A stretch of DNA of 64,000 bases from Lama guanicoe (lineage: Eukaryota). Positions within the stretch are counted from its first letter, which is position 1. Each line of letters starts with the position of its first letter. The DNA lies in NCBI GenBank assembly GCA_013239625.1, contig MU054391.1:1486711-1550710 (forward strand), given 5' to 3'. A program made the translations under genes and the position numbers. The notes beneath the pieces are model-generated. The model saw only the letters and a program-made list of their open reading frames with translations. It ran no database searches and was not told the DNA's origin. This document shows positions 63,701 to 64,000 of the stretch, piece after piece.

Positions 63701-64000
63701 GAGGCAGCCAACCCAAGGACACGTCCAAGGACAGGTCGGCAGGGAGGAGCAGTGCAGCCTCAGACCCGACTCCAAAACCAAGCTCCTGACACCAGGCTCG
63801 ACAACCTTGGCGCTGAGCCGAGGGGAGAAACATGGATCTGATTCCATGTGGGCAGGGGCCAGAAAACACCTGTCTTCCCAACATCCAGAGACATGCCCAG
63901 CATTCAGCACGCACATGATGGCGTTTGCTGGGAAGATGGACAGACGGATGGACTGATGGACACGTGCCTGGTACGCATCCAGCGTGAGATCCACCCCCTC

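Noticed and set aside
54833..64000. EIPR1 exons 1-3 or another coding gene
   Set aside because: I saw no match to the recalled N-terminus (MEDDAPVIYGLEFQAR...GEIWHISASP). The region looks like intron 3 with old repeats.

Overview
GC-rich mammalian genomic DNA, not prokaryotic. It is probably camelid, judging from two tRNA-Ala-derived vic-1-like SINEs. The only supportable protein-coding gene is the 3' part of EIPR1 (TSSC1, a WD40 EARP/GARP-interacting protein) on the minus strand. Six coding exons (157, 100, 137, 168, 168 and 175 nt; exons 4-9 by homology to recalled human numbering) have canonical GT-AG sites and join in frame to the C-terminal ~301 aa, with an AATAAA at 25194-25199. Exons 1-3 lie beyond the right edge. 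Bases 1-25,100 are downstream intergenic DNA. The rest is repeats (L1, L2, MIR, MaLR/MER31 LTRs, MER20, SINEs), simple repeats, a ~700-bp minisatellite and a 66-N gap. Nearly all ORFs in the track are GC-content artefacts. I found no convincing novel biological system. The most notable signals are a strong A/T-to-G/C substitution bias in exons and repeats (suggesting GC-biased gene conversion), a minisatellite that expanded inside an LTR near exon 5, and paired RFX X-boxes in intron 6. Repeat family names and the human protein comparison are from memory and need database confirmation.
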